A DNA stretch of 64,000 bases from Phenylobacterium sp. (GCF_031360265.1 NZ_JANMBF010000116.1:3839-67838), one strand, 5' to 3'; shown: positions 1-9,983, counted from the first letter of the stretch. Program-made: numbers and translations. Notes: generated by a model not told the origin, from the sequence alone.

Positions 1-165
1 GTCGAGACGATCCGCGCCGCGCACCCCGACCTGCCGGTGTTCATGTACGAAGCCGGCCACGCCTTCGTGGCGCCCAACGGCTATCACGAGGATAGCGCCC
101 GCCTGTCGCAACTGCGGACCCTGGCGCATTTCAGCAAGAACAGCGGCGTGCGCGGGGAGAGCTGA
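1..165 (+). CDS. 3' end of a probable dienelactone hydrolase family protein (partial)
   Basis: Frame 1 reads VETIRAAHPDLPVFMYEAGHAFVAPNGYHEDSARLSQLRTLAHF...stop at 163-165; the Y-x-AGHAF motif is typical of the DLH C-terminus. Confidence 0.7.
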   Translation, partial: VETIRAAHPDLPVFMYEAGHAFVAPNGYHEDSARLSQLRTLAHFSKNSGVRGES

Positions 166-247
166 GGCACGGCCCGACATCGAACGTGTGGGCGCTATAG
201 TCGGAGCCTTGAAATCCATCGCCGCCAGTTTGCCGCGGTGTCTCGTT

Positions 248-369
248 CCCCTCCCCCTTGCGGGGAGGGGTCAGGGGTGGGGGTGCAAGCCGTGCGCCCG
301 CCGCCCTGGCCCCTGAGACGCTGAGCCGACACCCCCACACCCAACCCTCTCCCCGCAAGGGGGAGAGGG
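248..369. repeat. Palindromic alphaproteobacterial intergenic repeat (REP/RIME-like)
   Basis: Terminal hairpins CTCCCC-CTTGC-GGGGAG and CTCTCCCC-GCAA-GGGGGAGAG are reverse complements of each other; inner arms GGGGTGGGGGTG / CACCCCCACACCC. Confidence 0.8.
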
Positions 370-382
370 CTATGCTCCGCTT

Positions 383-1213
383 GTGACTCGCACCGTCCTC
401 GCCCTTGCCGCCCTCCTGACGGCCGCCGGATCTCCGGCGCTCGCGGGCGAGGCGGCCTGCTGGTTCGAGGGCGGCGTGGTCGTCGTCTCCGCCGAAGTCA
501 TGGGCGTACCCGGCGACTACATCCTGGACACCGCCACCCCGCACACTCAGCTCGCCGATAGCCAGGCCCAGGCCGCGGGCTACGCCGAGGCGTCGCTGGT
601 CGGCAGGGTGCGGCTGGCGGGCCTAAGCCTCAGCGGCCGGGCGGTTGCGGTGGCCGATCTTGACCTGCGCACAGGCGCCCTGCCCACCCCCATCGCCGGG
701 GTGATCGGGGCCGATGTTCTGCGGGCCTATGTGCTGGACGTGAGTTTTGCCCCCTGCCGCATCGTCCTGTCGCCGGCGGGCGGCGCCCCCCGGTTCCACG
801 CGCGGGTGTCCCTGCCCCTGGCCTGGGTTGCGGGCCGGCCCGGGGTCGTCGCCGCCGTCGCCGACGGTCCGCACGCCGTCTCCGGCCTTTTCGCGCCCGC
901 GACCGGGGCTGATGTGGGCCTGCGGCTGAGCGACGCCATCGCCAGCGTCGCCGGCGCGGCCAAGCCTGGCGAGCTCTATCCCTACGGCGTCTATCGTCCC
1001 CGGCTGCGGGCCTTCTCCTTCGCCGGCGCCCTGAGCGAAAACCTGCCCTCCGGACTGCTCAAGGCCGAGGACCCCGCCCTCGCCGGCCAGATCGGCGCGT
1101 CGCTGCTGACCCGCTATCGCCTGCGCTTCGATTTCCCGGCCGGCCGGCTGTTGCTGGCGCCAGCGGCCCCGAGCGCCGACGAAAAAGGGCCCCGACCTGC
1201 GCCGGAGCCCTGA
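383..1213 (+). CDS. Secreted retropepsin-like (aspartyl protease family) protein with degenerate motifs
   Basis: Signal-peptide-like N-terminus; YILDTATP, GVIGADVL and a second-lobe ATGAD...GQIGASLL pattern typical of two-lobed Asp_protease_2 proteins. Confidence 0.65.
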   Translation: MTRTVLALAALLTAAGSPALAGEAACWFEGGVVVVSAEVMGVPGDYILDTATPHTQLADSQAQAAGYAEASLVGRVRLAGLSLSGRAVAVADLDLRTGALPTPIAGVIGADVLRAYVLDVSFAPCRIVLSPAGGAPRFHARVSLPLAWVAGRPGVVAAVADGPHAVSGLFAPATGADVGLRLSDAIASVAGAAKPGELYPYGVYRPRLRAFSFAGALSENLPSGLLKAEDPALAGQIGASLLTRYRLRFDFPAGRLLLAPAAPSADEKGPRPAPEP

Positions 1214-1236
1214 TTGCGGTCGTCGCCGGCGCCCGT

Positions 1237-2106
1237 CTAGTGGGCAACGTTCTTCCAGATCTTCTTGTAGCTGGCGTAGAGCAGGCCGGCGAAGATCAGC
1301 AGGTAAATCATCGCGCCCAGGCCGAACGCCTTGCGCTCTTCCATCTTCGGCTCGGCGGCCCAGGCGAGGAAGGCCGAGACGTCCTTGGCCTGCTGGCTGA
1401 CGGTCGACGGTGACTTGTCGTCGAAGGTCACCTTGTCGGGCGCCAGCGGCGGCGGCATGGAGATGAAGCCGCCCTCCGGGACCTTATCCTTTGGGCCCGA
1501 CCAGAACGAGCTCATGTCGCCGGGCATGTAGGGGTTGTAGTATTTTCCGGCCGGCACGGTCATGCCCTTGGGCGCGTCGCGGAACCCGGTCAGCAGCGAA
1601 TAGACATAGGCGGGGCCGCCCTCGCGCGCCTTGGCCATCACCGAGAGGTCCGGTGGCAGGGCGCCGCCATTGGAGGCGCGCGCCGCCGGCTCGTTGGGGA
1701 ACGGCGCCGGGAACCTGTCGGCCGGACCGGCCGGGCGGCTGATAACGTCGCCGGTGTCCTGATCGATGTCCTTGACCTGCAGGTCCTTGGCCAGCGACTT
1801 CACATAGGGGTTCTCGTTCGGGTTGGCGTACTTCGGATCGTAGAACGGCCCGCCCTTCTGGCCCAGGTTGCGCAGGTACATCAGGTTCATCGAGTGGCAG
1901 GCGGCGCAGACCTCCCGATAGACCTTGTAGCCCCGTTGCAGCTGGGCCTTGTCGAACTTGCCGAACGGCCCCTCGAAGGACCAGTGGACGTCCCGGGGCT
2001 CCTGCTGGGTGGTGGCCGACAGCGCCGGACCCGCCACAAGGGTCCCCGCCAACAGAGCCAGCCCGAGCGCCGCGAACGCGAAACCTCTGCGCAGCATCAG
2101 GCTCAA
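1237..2106 (-). CDS. petC: Cytochrome c1 (bc1 complex)
   Basis: CAACH heme motif, PPDLS, C-terminal TM helix; start may be the ATG at 2097. Confidence 0.95.
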   Translation of the reverse strand: MSLMLRRGFAFAALGLALLAGTLVAGPALSATTQQEPRDVHWSFEGPFGKFDKAQLQRGYKVYREVCAACHSMNLMYLRNLGQKGGPFYDPKYANPNENPYVKSLAKDLQVKDIDQDTGDVISRPAGPADRFPAPFPNEPAARASNGGALPPDLSVMAKAREGGPAYVYSLLTGFRDAPKGMTVPAGKYYNPYMPGDMSSFWSGPKDKVPEGGFISMPPPLAPDKVTFDDKSPSTVSQQAKDVSAFLAWAAEPKMEERKAFGLGAMIYLLIFAGLLYASYKKIWKNVAH

Positions 2107-3422
2107 CCTCTCTTTTCAGGCGACGCCACGGCGCCGGCGGGCGTCATGGCGGGATGCGACAGGACGGGCTCGGAGATCGACTCCGGCACCGGCAGCGGGG
2201 TCTCGAACAGCCCGAGCGCCGGTGTGATCACCCAGAAGTAGGCGAAATAATAGAGCGCGCCGATCCGTGACAGCCACACGAAGCTGTTGAGGTTGGCGTC
2301 ACCGACCTGCAGCCCCGAGACACCCGGGATCACCAGGTCGTCGGGCGCGTGCGCCCCGCAGAAGCCCAGCACGATGCAGGCCAGGACGAAGATGAAGAAA
2401 TAGAGCCGGGCGGTCGGGCGGTAGCGCATCGAGCGCACCTTCGAGGTGTCGAGCCAGGGCAGGACAAACAGGGTGGCGATCGCCCCGAACATCAGGATCA
2501 CGCCCATCAGCTTGTTGGGGACCGCCCGCAGGATCGCGTAGAATGGCAGCAGATACCACTCCGGCACGATATGGGCCGGCGTCACCAGCGGGTTGGCCTG
2601 GATATAGTTGGCCGCGTCGCCGAGCGCGTCGGGCATGTAGAAGACGAAGCTCGCGTAGAGGATCAGGAACACCGAAATCGCGAAGCCGTCCTTCACCGTG
2701 TAGTACGGATGGAAGGGCACGGTGTCCTGGGCCGAACTGACGTTCACGCCGGTCGGGTTGCTGTTGCCCGGCACATGCAGCGCCCAGACGTGCAGACCGA
2801 CAACGCCGGCGATCATGAACGGCAGCAGGTAATGCAGCGAGAAGAAGCGGTTGAGCGTCGGATCATCGACCGCGAACCCGCCCCATAGCCAGGTGGTTAT
2901 CGAGGGGCCGACCACCGGAATGGCGCCGATCAGATTGGTGATCACCACCGCCCCGTGGAAGCTCATCTGGCCCCAGGGCAGGACGTAGCCGAAGAAGGCC
3001 GTGCCGATCATCAGGAGGTAGATCACGCAGCCCAGGATCCACAGCACCTCGCGCGGCGCCTTGTAGGACCCGTAGTAGAGGCCGCGGAACATGTGCAGGT
3101 AGACCGCCAGGAAAAACATCGAGGCGCCATTGGCGTGCAGGCCCTGGATCAGCCACCCGTAGTTGACGTCGCGCTTGATCCGCTGGACCGAGGCGAAGGC
3201 CATGTCCACCTGCGGCACATAGTGCATCGCCAGGATCACGCCGGTGACGATCTGGATGCCCAGCATCAGCGCCAGGATTCCGCCGAAGGTCCACCAGAAG
3301 TTGAGGTTCTTGGGCGTCGGGAAGGTGACGATGGTGTCGCTGGCGAACCGCAGGATCGGCAGACGCGAGTCCAGCCAGCGCTCGAAGCCGCTCTTCGGCT
3401 CGTAGGTTGAATGTCCGCTCAT
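2103..3422 (-). CDS. petB: Cytochrome b (bc1 complex)
   Basis: PEWY motif, [20 protein letters not shown]; start MSGHSTY at 3422. Confidence 0.97.
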   Translation of the reverse strand: MSGHSTYEPKSGFERWLDSRLPILRFASDTIVTFPTPKNLNFWWTFGGILALMLGIQIVTGVILAMHYVPQVDMAFASVQRIKRDVNYGWLIQGLHANGASMFFLAVYLHMFRGLYYGSYKAPREVLWILGCVIYLLMIGTAFFGYVLPWGQMSFHGAVVITNLIGAIPVVGPSITTWLWGGFAVDDPTLNRFFSLHYLLPFMIAGVVGLHVWALHVPGNSNPTGVNVSSAQDTVPFHPYYTVKDGFAISVFLILYASFVFYMPDALGDAANYIQANPLVTPAHIVPEWYLLPFYAILRAVPNKLMGVILMFGAIATLFVLPWLDTSKVRSMRYRPTARLYFFIFVLACIVLGFCGAHAPDDLVIPGVSGLQVGDANLNSFVWLSRIGALYYFAYFWVITPALGLFETPLPVPESISEPVLSHPAMTPAGAVASPEKRG

Positions 3423-3426
3423 CTGA

Positions 3427-3981
3427 TCAGCCAACCTTGACCTTGGTGTCCGTGAGGAAACTGTACTCCGGCACCGCCAGGTTCAGCGGCGCGGGGCCTT
3501 TGCGGATCCGTCCGGAGGTGTCGTAGACCGAGCCGTGGCAGGGGCAGAACCAGCCGCCGTAGTCGCCGCCGCCGAAGGTCGGCACGCAGCCCAGGTGGGT
3601 GCAGACGCCGATCAGGACCAGATACTGGGCCTTGCCGGGCTTGTGGCGGCTCTCGTCGGTGGCGGGGTCCCGCAGGTCCGCATGGTCGTCCTTGATCGCC
3701 TCGGCGATCTCCTTGGGCGTCCGATAGCGGATGAACAGCGGCTTGCCGCGCCATTTCACCACCACCTGCTGGCCTTCGACGACCTTGTCGAGGTTGACCT
3801 CGATGGAGGCCATGGCCAGGGTGTCGCCCGCCGGGTTCATCTGGTCGATGAACGGCCAGGCAAGACCCCCGACCAGGCCCACGGCTGCGACGCCGGCGGC
3901 GATGTGGATGAAATCGCGACGATTCGGGTCGTCCCCCGAGACGTGCAGATCGGCAGTTGCGCCCACGACGGTGTCGGCCAC
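3427..3981 (-). CDS. petA: Rieske iron-sulfur subunit of ubiquinol-cytochrome c reductase
   Basis: CTHLGC and CPCHGS Rieske boxes, Tat-type RRDF. Confidence 0.97.
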   Translation of the reverse strand: MADTVVGATADLHVSGDDPNRRDFIHIAAGVAAVGLVGGLAWPFIDQMNPAGDTLAMASIEVNLDKVVEGQQVVVKWRGKPLFIRYRTPKEIAEAIKDDHADLRDPATDESRHKPGKAQYLVLIGVCTHLGCVPTFGGGDYGGWFCPCHGSVYDTSGRIRKGPAPLNLAVPEYSFLTDTKVKVG

Positions 3982-4184
3982 CTAAAGCTACCCTTCGTTT
4001 CGGGACCCCGGAATCGCTCGGGGACACCCAGCCTTTGGACCCTTCCAGACGCTCTGGTAAGGGCTTTTAAGTCACGGCGGGCACACGCGGGACGCACTGA
4101 GCGCGAGCACCCCTCAAGCCTGGCGCGCGCGCATCGGTGATTCGTCTGGCAGAGCCCCGCTTAACCCATCGCGGATCGCTTAGA

Positions 4185-4658
4185 ATGCGTTTGGCCCTTT
4201 TTCAACCGGACATTCCGCAAAACCTCGGCGCCGCCCTTAGGCTGGGCGCCTGTCTTGACGTCCCGGTGGACGTGATCGAGCCCTGCGGCTTCCCGTTTTC
4301 CGACGCCGGCGTGCGCCGCGCGGCGATGGATTACGGCGCGCTGGCCGACATGACGCGGCACGCCAGCTGGGCAGAATTCCTGGCCTCGCCCCAGCGCGGG
4401 ACCGGCCGATTGCTGCTGTTGACCACCCGCGGCGCGGCGCCCCTCCACGATTTCCAGTTTCGCGCGGACGACACCCTGCTGTTCGGCCGCGAGAGCTCCG
4501 GCGCGCCACGGGAGGTGCACGCCGCGGCCGACGCGCGGCTGTATATTCCGCTGGCGCCGGGCGCCCGGTCGCTGAACCTCACGGTCAGCGCGGCGATCGC
4601 GCTTTCCGAGGCCCTGCGCCAGACCCATGGCTTCCCAACAGGCGCCCCGACCGGTTAG
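4185..4658 (+). CDS. trmL: tRNA (cytidine(34)-2'-O)-methyltransferase, SpoU family
   Basis: LFQPDIPQNLG, RRAAMDY, FGRESSG, RSLNL; ATG at 4185. Confidence 0.9.
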   Translation: MRLALFQPDIPQNLGAALRLGACLDVPVDVIEPCGFPFSDAGVRRAAMDYGALADMTRHASWAEFLASPQRGTGRLLLLTTRGAAPLHDFQFRADDTLLFGRESSGAPREVHAAADARLYIPLAPGARSLNLTVSAAIALSEALRQTHGFPTGAPTG

Positions 4659-4667
4659 CAATCACCC

Positions 4668-5546
4668 ATGTCGTCACTCCCGCCCGAAGTTCATGATCGC
4701 CGCGCCCGCACGAAGGCCTGGTTCGAGACCCTGCAGACGCGGATCGTCGCCGAACTGGAACGGCTTGAGGTCGAGGCGCCCGTCGAGCTCTACCCCGACC
4801 CGCCCGGCCAATTCGACCTGCGCCCCTGGACGCGGGAAACCGGCACAGGCGGCGGGATCGGCGCGCACCTGTCGGGGCGGCTGTTCGAAAAGGCCGGCGT
4901 CCACACCTCGGCTGCGACCAGCCGGTTCTCCCCGGAAATGGCCGCCACCATGCCCGGCGCCGACCAGGACCCGTCCTACGTCTCGGCCAGCATCAGCCTG
5001 ATCGTCCATCCGCGCAGCCCGCGCGTGCCCACCGTCCACATGAACACCCGCTTCCTCTCGACCGCGGAAAGCTGGTTCGGCGGCGGCGCCGACCTGACCC
5101 CGACGCTGGACGAACAGCGCAGCCAGGAAGCCGACGACGCCATCCTGTTCCACGCCGCGATGAAGGCCGCCTGCGACGCCTTCGATCCCGACTGGCATGG
5201 CAAGTACAAGGCCTGGTGCGACGAGTATTTCTTCCTGCCCCACCGCAACGAGCCGCGCGGCGTCGGCGGCATCTTCTATGACCGCCACAACTCCGGCGAT
5301 TTCGAGCGCGACTTCGCCTTCACCCGCGCGGTCGGCGAGGCGTTCCTGGAGGTCTATCCGAAGATCGTCCGCCACCGGATGAGCGAGCCGTGGACTGAGG
5401 CCGACCGCGCCGAACAGCTGATGCGTCGCGGCCGCTACGTGGAATTCAACCTGCTGTACGACCGCGGCACGATGTTCGGCCTGAAAGCCGGCGGCAACAT
5501 CGAGACCATCCTCAGCTCCATGCCGCCGATGGTGCGCTGGCCCTAG
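4668..5546 (+). CDS. hemF: Oxygen-dependent coproporphyrinogen III oxidase
   Basis: PTVHMNTRF, WFGGGADLTP, RGVGGIFYD, RGRYVEFNLLYDRGTMFGL. Confidence 0.95.
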   Translation: MSSLPPEVHDRRARTKAWFETLQTRIVAELERLEVEAPVELYPDPPGQFDLRPWTRETGTGGGIGAHLSGRLFEKAGVHTSAATSRFSPEMAATMPGADQDPSYVSASISLIVHPRSPRVPTVHMNTRFLSTAESWFGGGADLTPTLDEQRSQEADDAILFHAAMKAACDAFDPDWHGKYKAWCDEYFFLPHRNEPRGVGGIFYDRHNSGDFERDFAFTRAVGEAFLEVYPKIVRHRMSEPWTEADRAEQLMRRGRYVEFNLLYDRGTMFGLKAGGNIETILSSMPPMVRWP

Positions 5547-5548
5547 GC

Positions 5549-5578
5549 ATGATATACATCATCTGGAATGTATATCAT
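5549..5578. promoter_or_regulatory. Probable autoregulatory operator of the vapBC module
   Basis: Perfect 11-bp inverted repeat ATGATATACAT-N8-ATGTATATCAT, AT-rich, immediately upstream of the antitoxin RBS and start. Confidence 0.75.
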
Positions 5579-5583
5579 TAGAG

Positions 5584-5826
5584 GTGGAAATGAAGGTTGC
5601 GAAGTGGGGCAACAGCCTGGCGGTGCGGCTCCCCAAATCGATGGTGGAGGCTCATAAACTTCGGGAGGGCGATGAAGTCGAGCTGGCCTTGACGACCGCT
5701 CGCGAGGCCGAGGCTATCGCACGGGCGGAGAGGGTGCGGTGGCTGGAAGAGATGCGAAAATATCAGGGCCGCCTGCCGGCCGACTTCAAGTTCGACCGCG
5801 ACGAAGCCAACAGCCGTGGCGACTGA
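5584..5826 (+). CDS. vapB: AbrB/MazE/SpoVT-family antitoxin
   Basis: KVAKWGNSLAVRLPK swapped-hairpin motif; C-terminal FKFDRDEANSR; overlaps a PIN toxin gene. Confidence 0.9.
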   Translation: MEMKVAKWGNSLAVRLPKSMVEAHKLREGDEVELALTTAREAEAIARAERVRWLEEMRKYQGRLPADFKFDRDEANSRGD

Positions 5827-6220
5827 TGCGTTCCTCGACACGAACATTCTGATTTATCTGCTCGCCTCCGAGTCGCCCAAGGTCAGAGTCTCGCGAGACG
5901 TCGTAGCGTCTGGCGGGGTCATCAGCGTCCAAGTCCTGAACGAGTTCGCACGCGTCGCGCAACGCAAGCATTCTCTGGAATGGCCCGAGATCGAACTCTA
6001 CCTTTCGGGGTTCCGCCAAAGCTTTCGGGTGGAGCCGCTAACGGTCGCAACACAGTCGCGAGCGGTGGACATTGCGCGAGCTCACCGATTCGGGATCTAC
6101 GACGCCAACATCCTGGCGGCAGCCGAACTGGCCGGTTGCCGGATCGTCTATTCCGAGGACATGCAGCATGGCCAGCGGGTCGGCGGACTGACCATCCTCA
6201 ATCCCTTCGCGGACAGCTAA
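5816..6220 (+). CDS. vapC: PIN-domain toxin
   Basis: FLDTNILIY, SVQVLNEF, IYDANILAAA, YSEDMQHG. Confidence 0.9.
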   Translation: MATDAFLDTNILIYLLASESPKVRVSRDVVASGGVISVQVLNEFARVAQRKHSLEWPEIELYLSGFRQSFRVEPLTVATQSRAVDIARAHRFGIYDANILAAAELAGCRIVYSEDMQHGQRVGGLTILNPFADS

Positions 6221-6635
6221 CCCGCCGGCCCCGGCCGCCGCCGCGCGGGCTTGAGCGCCCAGAGGCTGAGCCCGCACCCCAGCGCCGAGGCCGCGCCCAT
6301 GCCGTAGCGTTCGCCCGCCGTCTGGGCGGCGAGGTTGGCGAGCGTGTTCAGCGCCAGTTGCGCCGCCAGGAAGATGTTGAAGATCAGGAACGGCCGGCGC
6401 GGCAGCGCACGCCCCCAGTCGCCGGCGCGGACCTCCATCATCGCCGCGGCCACCAGCAGGTAGACGGCCGCCCCGGCGCTGGTCCACCGCAGCGACGCCG
6501 GCAGCACCGCGCTCGATCCGCCCCAGGCGATCTGGCCATAGGGCGCCCCCAGCGCCAGCATCACTGGAAGAGCGCGAAGGTGCCGCAGAAGATCGCCGCC
6601 CCCCGCGCGGCCCACTGGCCGACCGAGGGCCTCAC
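6217..6635 (-). pseudogene. Small membrane protein gene split by a 1-nt frameshift near 6562 (or assembly error)
   Basis: GTG at 6635 overlaps the upstream stop (GTGA); reads VRPSVGQWAARGAAIFCGTFALFQ-TGA, then MLALGAPYGQIAWGG... continues in another frame. Confidence 0.6.
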
Positions 6636-7333
6636 GTTGCCGATGTCAGGAACGCGTTGATCCAGCCGCCCACCCGGGCGCGATCGTCGGGACCCTGGTA
6701 GCTGGCGATGGCGCGGTCGGCCTGGTCCGGGGTCAGCGGCCCGTCGCGACGGGTCTCGATCAGCTCGATGGCGTAGGCCGGATCGAACTCCGGATGCGGC
6801 TGCATCGAGATCGCCCGGTCGTCGCGGTAGATCAGGCCGGCGAAGGGCGTGAAGGCGCTGGCGGCGAACAGGTCGGCCCCCGGCGGCGCCTCGACCACCT
6901 GGTCCTGGTGCGAGGCCGGCAGGCGGAGGGTGGCCGCCCATGCGTCCATCCACGGCTCGCGGCGCAGCACCTGGTACTCATTCTCGCCGACACCCCAGCC
7001 CTTGGGCGACTTGATCACCTGGCCACCGAACGCCTGGGCCATCAGCTGGTGGCCGAGACACACGCCCACCAGCGCCGCCTGCCCCCTGGCAGCGCGCAGG
7101 AAATCCATCGTCGCGCCGATCCAGGGGTCGGGATCATAGGCGCCGGCCGCCCCGCCAGTGATCAGCCAGGCGTCGCAAGCGGTCGGACTCTCCGGCAGCT
7201 CGCCCTCGTCGACGGCATAGGTCCGGTACTCGTGACGCGGGCCCAGCAAGGCCTGGAACATCTCCGGATAGGTCCCGAACCGCGGGATGCAGGCCCGGGG
7301 CGGCCGTCCGGTCTTGAGGATGCCAAGCTTCAA
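6632..7333 (-). CDS. Type 1 glutamine amidotransferase (GMP-synthase-like)
   Basis: LITGG, GVCLGHQL nucleophile elbow, SHQDQV, QPHPEF; TTG start at 7333 overlaps the upstream stop. Confidence 0.88.
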   Translation of the reverse strand: MKLGILKTGRPPRACIPRFGTYPEMFQALLGPRHEYRTYAVDEGELPESPTACDAWLITGGAAGAYDPDPWIGATMDFLRAARGQAALVGVCLGHQLMAQAFGGQVIKSPKGWGVGENEYQVLRREPWMDAWAATLRLPASHQDQVVEAPPGADLFAASAFTPFAGLIYRDDRAISMQPHPEFDPAYAIELIETRRDGPLTPDQADRAIASYQGPDDRARVGGWINAFLTSAT

Positions 7334-7776
7334 GACTCCGTCTCCCCATCGCCCCTTGCCGTCTCGACGGCGACGAAACCGCGCGCGGAGGCCGACCACG
7401 CCACCTGAACGGTTGCGGTCACGAATAGGAGGAACGCCACCTGAAGGCCAAACGCCGTGTCGGTCCAAAGGTGGAGCGCGGGCGGCTGGAGCAAGACGTC
7501 GCGGAAGATGATCCCATTGTGGAGGACATCCAGCCCGATGATCCCACAGGTCAGGACCAGCCCCACCCGTGGCCACACGAACAGGCAAACGGCGGCGGCC
7601 GGGTCAGCGACCGCAAGCGATGTCCAGAACGCCGCGCTGGCCGGGCCAACGCCGCCGTAGTCCCAGAGAATGCCGTTCTGGATCAATGGAATGACATGCG
7701 TACACGTCGCGACCAGCAGGCATAGGGCGTAGGCGATCCTTATGCGGAGGCCGCAACGATGAATTGGGTTGTGCAT
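7330..7776 (-). CDS. Hypothetical integral membrane protein (about 4 TM)
   Basis: ATG 5 nt after the cca stop, stop overlapping the GATase start; hydrophobic segments; visibly lower GC than its neighbours. Confidence 0.6.
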   Translation of the reverse strand: MHNPIHRCGLRIRIAYALCLLVATCTHVIPLIQNGILWDYGGVGPASAAFWTSLAVADPAAAVCLFVWPRVGLVLTCGIIGLDVLHNGIIFRDVLLQPPALHLWTDTAFGLQVAFLLFVTATVQVAWSASARGFVAVETARGDGETES

Positions 7777-7781
7777 CGCGC

Positions 7782-9032
7782 CTAAAACGCCATGCCCTGC
7801 GCCACCGACTTCAGTTTCTCGATCATCGACAGCTTGTCGTCGAGGAAGTCGTGGTCGATCCACCAGGCCTCGACCTCGGCCAGTACGTGGCCGACCATCG
7901 GCCCCTTTGGCACGCCCGAGGCGATGACGTCGCGGCCGCTGAGCGGGAACGCAGGCGGGGTCCAGCCCTCGCCCAGTGCGATCATCCCGCGCCATTGCGG
8001 CGTGGTGGCGGTGCGCCCGGCGCGCGCCCAGGCGAGCTTGGCGCGGTCGCGGAAGGCCTGCGCGCCCAGGCGATAGAGGTGGCGGCGGATCTCACGCGGG
8101 CTCATCCAGCTCTTGAACACCGGCGTCGGCGCGAGCGCGGCGACGACCCGGTCGCGCGCGGCGTTGGACAGGCGCAGCCGCTCGGCCAGTTGCCCGGCCG
8201 CCACTTGATCGTCAGGCAGCAAGGCCGCCAGCCGCAGCACCGTGTCGGTCTCGAACAGCTGGTCCTCCTCGATGGCCACCATGCCGTTGAAGCGGGCCAG
8301 GTCGAGCGGCGGCGGCAGCAGCTCGCCCAGCACGCCGCAGCCGGCCATCAGGCCGACGGCCTCGCGCGGGTCGGCCGCGGCGAACAGCTTCAGCAGCTCC
8401 CTGGACACCCGCTCGGCCGACAGGGCTTTGAGGTCGCCCTTCAGGGCCGCGCAGGCCGACAGCGCCGCGGCGTCGGGCGGACCCGCGCCGTACCAGGCGC
8501 GGAAACGGAAGAAGCGCAGGATGCGCAAGGCGTCCTCGGCGATGCGCCGCCCGGCCTCGCCGACGAAGACGATGCGGCCGGCCCGCGCGTCGGCGACACC
8601 CTGGCCGGTGGGATCGAGAACGGTCCCGTCACGCCGCGCATAGAGGCTGTTCAGAGTGAAGTCGCGACGCTGGGCGTCCAGCGTCCAATCGTCGGTGAAC
8701 GCCACCACGGCGCGCCGGCCATCGGTGGCGACATCGCGGCGCAGGGTGGTGATCTCATAGGGCCTGGACCCGCTGACCGCCGTCACCGTGCCGTGGTCGA
8801 TTCCCGTGGGCACGGCCTTGAGCCCCGCGGCGCTCAGCGCCTGAGTCACCTGGCCGGGCGTCAGGGTCGTGGCGATGTCGATGTCGTCGATCGGCCGGCC
8901 CAGCAGGGCGTTGCGCACGCAGCCGCCGACGAAGCGGGCGCAGTCGGGGCCGCCGGCGCCCTCCAGCGCGTCCAGCACCGCCGCCGTCGCCGGCGCGGTG
9001 ATCCACGGGCGCTGGCCTAGAGACCCGCTCAT
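7782..9032 (-). CDS. cca: CCA tRNA nucleotidyltransferase
   Basis: FVGGCVRN..DDIDIAT, EITTLRRD, RRDFTLN, EDALRILRFFRF; ATG at 9032 overlaps the upstream stop. Confidence 0.92.
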   Translation of the reverse strand: MSGSLGQRPWITAPATAAVLDALEGAGGPDCARFVGGCVRNALLGRPIDDIDIATTLTPGQVTQALSAAGLKAVPTGIDHGTVTAVSGSRPYEITTLRRDVATDGRRAVVAFTDDWTLDAQRRDFTLNSLYARRDGTVLDPTGQGVADARAGRIVFVGEAGRRIAEDALRILRFFRFRAWYGAGPPDAAALSACAALKGDLKALSAERVSRELLKLFAAADPREAVGLMAGCGVLGELLPPPLDLARFNGMVAIEEDQLFETDTVLRLAALLPDDQVAAGQLAERLRLSNAARDRVVAALAPTPVFKSWMSPREIRRHLYRLGAQAFRDRAKLAWARAGRTATTPQWRGMIALGEGWTPPAFPLSGRDVIASGVPKGPMVGHVLAEVEAWWIDHDFLDDKLSMIEKLKSVAQGMAF

Positions 9033-9313
9033 TTCGCCTTCGGCGCCTCGAAATAGCCCTTGCTGACCGCGCCGTCGGCGGTCACTTCGCCCGGGACGTA
9101 GCGCTCTCCGCGATTGTCCTGGCGCAACAGCACCGTCCCGACCAGCGACAGGCCGACGAGCACCGCGCCGGCGGCCACCAGCCAGGCATAGGGCGTCGAG
9201 CCCATCTCGCGACCCGACCTGCGAGCCCAGGCGCGCCAGAGGAACCACACCGCGAACGGCACGAGCACCAGACTGCCCCGGATGAGCAGGAGCCTAAGCA
9301 ACCGCGGCTCCAT
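9029..9313 (-). CDS. Small membrane protein (DUF6111-like)
   Basis: Two TM helices plus YVPGE..DG tail; usual position upstream of cca in alphaproteobacteria. Confidence 0.65.
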   Translation of the reverse strand: MEPRLLRLLLIRGSLVLVPFAVWFLWRAWARRSGREMGSTPYAWLVAAGAVLVGLSLVGTVLLRQDNRGERYVPGEVTADGAVSKGYFEAPKAK

Positions 9314-9971
9314 AGAGCCGGTCGTAGAGCGCGCGCAGCATCCCGGCCGTGGCGCCCCAGATGAACCGGTCGTCGTGGGTCATGGCGTAGAAGCGGCGCT
9401 TCTCACCCGTCGGAAGCTCGCGCACATGCTCCTCGTGGTTGCGCGGATCCATCAGGAAGCCGAAGGGCGTCTCGAAGATGTCGGCCACCTCGTCGGGATT
9501 GGCGGTGAGGGTGAACCCGGCCCGCACGAAGCCCACCACCGGGGTGATCAGAAAGCCGGTGCCGGTGCGGTAGGGAGTCGAGAGCCCCGCCAGGGAAACG
9601 AAGCTCGGGTGCAGCCCGATCTCTTCCTCGGCCTCGCGCAGCGCCGTCTGCCAGGCGGACTCGCCCGGGTCGCGCCGCCCGCCCGGAAGCGCGATCTGGC
9701 CGGTGTGGCTGCGCAGCGTGTCCGAACGCCGGGTCAGGATCACCGACAGCCCCGCCTGGCGCTGCACCAAGCCGACCAGCACGGCGGCGGGCTTCAGCGG
9801 ATGGGTGTCGGGGGCCTGCCCGGGATTGAGGTCGAAGTCGGACCGGTGCGGGCCAGCCTCCGCCGGCTCGCCCTCTTCCAGGGGATCGAGGTGGCTGGCC
9901 ATCCATCCCTGCAGCTCGTGGGGCCGATCGTGTGGCGGGGCGCCCTGTTTCGCGGCCGGGAGGTCGGTCAC
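9294..9971 (-). CDS. Nudix hydrolase, CoA pyrophosphatase type
   Basis: HTGQIALPGG..ALREAEEEIG Nudix box, IWGATAGML. Confidence 0.9.
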   Translation of the reverse strand: MTDLPAAKQGAPPHDRPHELQGWMASHLDPLEEGEPAEAGPHRSDFDLNPGQAPDTHPLKPAAVLVGLVQRQAGLSVILTRRSDTLRSHTGQIALPGGRRDPGESAWQTALREAEEEIGLHPSFVSLAGLSTPYRTGTGFLITPVVGFVRAGFTLTANPDEVADIFETPFGFLMDPRNHEEHVRELPTGEKRRFYAMTHDDRFIWGATAGMLRALYDRLYGAAVA

Positions 9972-9983
9972 CGGATCCGCGCC

